DNA of 32,000 bases. Source: Clostridia bacterium (GTDB lineage: Bacteria; Bacillota; Clostridia; Oscillospirales; Acutalibacteraceae). Below, piece by piece: positions 29,789 to 32,000 of this stretch. The stretch is taken from the NCBI GenBank assembly GCA_017409845.1, contig JAFQRY010000032.1, forward strand, positions 47,783-79,782, in the 5' to 3' direction. Below the pieces are notes generated by a model. It was not told the origin of the DNA. It worked only from the letters and a program-made list of their open reading frames with translations, and ran no database searches. The number at the start of each line of letters is the position of its first letter. Position 1 is the stretch's first letter. The translations under genes and the position numbers were made by a program.

Positions 29789-31669
29789 ATGAAAACGGAT
29801 AAAGGAAATGTTCCCGTTTATTTGTTCCGCGAAGGCACAAATTGCAGGGCATACGAATTCTTCGGCTCACACCCGTCGGGCAGCGGAGCGGTTTTCAGAG
29901 TATGGGCACCGAATGCCGAAAAAATAGGTGTTGCGGGTGATTTCAACGCATGGAATGCCGTCAGTGCACCCATGAAAAAAATCAGCGAAGGTATCTGGGA
30001 GTGCACTGTTGAAGGTGTAAAAAAATACGATGCATACAAATACCTTATCCGCACCAAAGACGGCCGTGAGATTTACAAATGCGACCCGTACGCTTTTCAT
30101 TCACAGACGAGACCCGAAACCGCTTCAAAATATTATCCTTCGCTTGATTTCAGGTGGACGGACAAGGCGTGGCTGAAAAAAAGAAGACACCGTAATATCT
30201 TTTCTTCGCCGGTCAATATTTATGAGGTTCATGCGGGCTCATGGCAGCTGCATGATGACGGTAATCCGCTTTCCTACAGAGAGCTTGCAGACAGGCTCGT
30301 TTCTTATGCCAAAGAAATGGGCTATACCCATATAGAGCTGCTCCCCGTTCTTGAGCATCCGTTTGACGGTTCGTGGGGCTATCAGGTGACCGGTTATTTT
30401 GCTCCGACCTCACGCTACGGCGATCCGGGGGATTTTGCATATTTTGTTGATAAGGCACATTCAATGGATATCGGAGTTATTCTTGACTGGGTGCCTGCTC
30501 ATTTCCCGAAGGACGCACACGGACTTTATGAATTTGACGGCACTCCGTGCTATGAATATCCCGACCCGAGAAAAGGCGAGCACTATCAGTGGGGGACAAG
30601 GGTTTTTGACTACGGAAGACCCGAGGTCTGTTCTTTTCTTATTTCGAGTGCCGTGTTCTGGATTGAAAAATACCATATCGACGGGCTGCGGGTGGATGCC
30701 GTTGCATCCATGCTTTATCTTGACTATGGCAGAAATGACGGCGGGTGGATTGCAAATATTCACGGCGGAAAAGAAAACCTTGAGGCAGTTGCTTTTCTTC
30801 AGAAGCTTAACGAAAGCGTATTCAGAGAATACGGCGACGTTATGATGATTGCGGAAGAAAGCACCGCATGGCCGATGGTTTCAAAGCCTGCGGATATGGG
30901 CGGTCTCGGCTTCAACTTCAAGTGGAATATGGGTTGGATGAATGATTGCCTGCGTTATTTTTCGCTTGACGGAATCCACAGAAAATATCATCACGATTGT
31001 CTGACCTTTTCGTTCTTTTATGCGTTTTCAGAGAATTTCCTGCTTCCCGTTTCGCATGACGAGGTTGTTCACGGCAAATGCTCGCTTATCAATAAAATGC
31101 CCGGCAGCTACGAAGAAAAATTTGCCGGTGTTCGTTCGTTTCTCGGATACATGATGTCGCATCCCGGAAAGAAGCTTCTTTTTATGGGGAGTGAATTCGG
31201 TCAGTTTATCGAATGGGATTATAAGCGGCAGCTTGACTGGATGCTTCTTGGCTATGATGCCCACAGACAGCTCAAGGCTTATGTTGCGGCACTCAATGCA
31301 TTTTATCTTAAAAATCCCCCTCTCTGGGAGGAGGATTGCAGCTGGAACGGATTTAACTGGATAGTCAGCGATGACAGAGATAATTCTGTTGCGGCATTTA
31401 TCAGACGCGACAAGAGCGGAAACGAAATAATTTCGGTCTGCAACTTCACTCCCGTTACGAGGCATAAATATCGCTTCGGTGTTCCGGAAAAAGGAACCTA
31501 CAGGGTTGTTTTCAGCTCTGCTTCCGCGGAATTCGGAGGAAAGGGTGAAGGCACCGTCGGTTCGGTCAGGGCAAAAAAGAAGCCCATGCACGGTTATGAT
31601 TACAGCATAGAGCTTGACCTTGAGGGTCTGAGCTGTATGTTTATAAAAAATACATCGAGAAAAAAGTAA
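29789..31669 (+). CDS. glgB: 1,4-alpha-glucan branching enzyme
   Basis: 626 aa with GH13 blocks: EFFGSHP, FRVWAP, YEVHAGSW, GYTHIELLPV, DWVPAHF, GLRVDAV, IAEEST and SHDEVVHGK. Confidence 0.92.
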   Translation: MKTDKGNVPVYLFREGTNCRAYEFFGSHPSGSGAVFRVWAPNAEKIGVAGDFNAWNAVSAPMKKISEGIWECTVEGVKKYDAYKYLIRTKDGREIYKCDPYAFHSQTRPETASKYYPSLDFRWTDKAWLKKRRHRNIFSSPVNIYEVHAGSWQLHDDGNPLSYRELADRLVSYAKEMGYTHIELLPVLEHPFDGSWGYQVTGYFAPTSRYGDPGDFAYFVDKAHSMDIGVILDWVPAHFPKDAHGLYEFDGTPCYEYPDPRKGEHYQWGTRVFDYGRPEVCSFLISSAVFWIEKYHIDGLRVDAVASMLYLDYGRNDGGWIANIHGGKENLEAVAFLQKLNESVFREYGDVMMIAEESTAWPMVSKPADMGGLGFNFKWNMGWMNDCLRYFSLDGIHRKYHHDCLTFSFFYAFSENFLLPVSHDEVVHGKCSLINKMPGSYEEKFAGVRSFLGYMMSHPGKKLLFMGSEFGQFIEWDYKRQLDWMLLGYDAHRQLKAYVAALNAFYLKNPPLWEEDCSWNGFNWIVSDDRDNSVAAFIRRDKSGNEIISVCNFTPVTRHKYRFGVPEKGTYRVVFSSASAEFGGKGEGTVGSVRAKKKPMHGYDYSIELDLEGLSCMFIKNTSRKK

Positions 31670-31696
31670 CTTTAAATATAAAAGGAGGAATTCCCC

Positions 31697-32000
31697 ATGG
31701 CAGTAAAACCCGAATGCATAGCAATGCTCCTTGCAGGCGGCCAGGGCAGCCGTCTCGGCATTCTGACAAAAAACATCGCAAAGCCTGCAGTGCCCTACGG
31801 CGGCAAATACCGCATCATTGATTTCCCTCTTTCAAACTGCGTCAACTCCGGCATCTATACCGTCGGCGTTCTGACCCAGTATCAGCCTCTCGAGCTGAAT
31901 GACTATATCGGCAACGGCCAGCCCTGGGATCTCGACAGAGCCAACGGCGGCGTACATATTCTTTCGCCCTATCAGCAGATAAAGGGAACAGAGTGGTATA
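31697..32000 (+). CDS. glgC: glucose-1-phosphate adenylyltransferase, 5' part (runs off the window)
   Basis: [63 protein letters not shown] is the canonical GlgC N-terminus. The frame is open to the end of the window. This ORF is not in the supplied track because it is truncated. Confidence 0.9.
   Translation, partial: MAVKPECIAMLLAGGQGSRLGILTKNIAKPAVPYGGKYRIIDFPLSNCVNSGIYTVGVLTQYQPLELNDYIGNGQPWDLDRANGGVHILSPYQQIKGTEWY

Overview
This is a 32-kb chromosomal window that looks like a Firmicutes/Clostridia genome. The evidence is AGGAGG-type RBSs, many rho-independent terminators and the gene content of a saccharolytic anaerobe; the taxon is inference only.

Housekeeping and metabolic content:
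- A GH130 beta-mannoside phosphorylase-like gene, a divergent Tet(M)/Tet(O)-family translational GTPase and pnuC.
- A Na+-translocating oxaloacetate decarboxylase operon with a split alpha subunit: an OadA carboxyltransferase, an OadG-like subunit with an internal duplication, a stand-alone BCCP and OadB.
- glyQS, mgtE, and a FliB-like / GH92 / YdjC operon.
- glgB and the 5' end of glgC.

Accessory content, which is the more interesting part:
1. A nine-gene phage-derived packaging, head and neck module (16964-23642). It has no tail, lysis, integrase, repressor or replication genes. Its prohead protease gene has no canonical start codon.
2. An XRE-HTH / TM / family I.5-like lipase fusion protein. 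Its own promoter carries two 18-bp palindromic operators.
3. A zinc-ribbon / PASTA protein with a kinase fold whose HRD and DFG catalytic motifs are degenerate, so it is predicted to be a pseudokinase.
4. A three-gene operon of uncharacterised membrane-anchored proteins, two of them paralogues. A Zn-ribbon membrane protein lies next to it, preceded by 22-bp tandem iterons.
5. Three copies of a modular, hairpin-dense intergenic repeat family. One sits between 27-bp direct duplications of the mgtE terminator, which looks like a MITE-like insertion.

I did not recognise any rRNA, tRNA or CRISPR array. All family assignments come from motif recognition by eye and have not been checked against any database.
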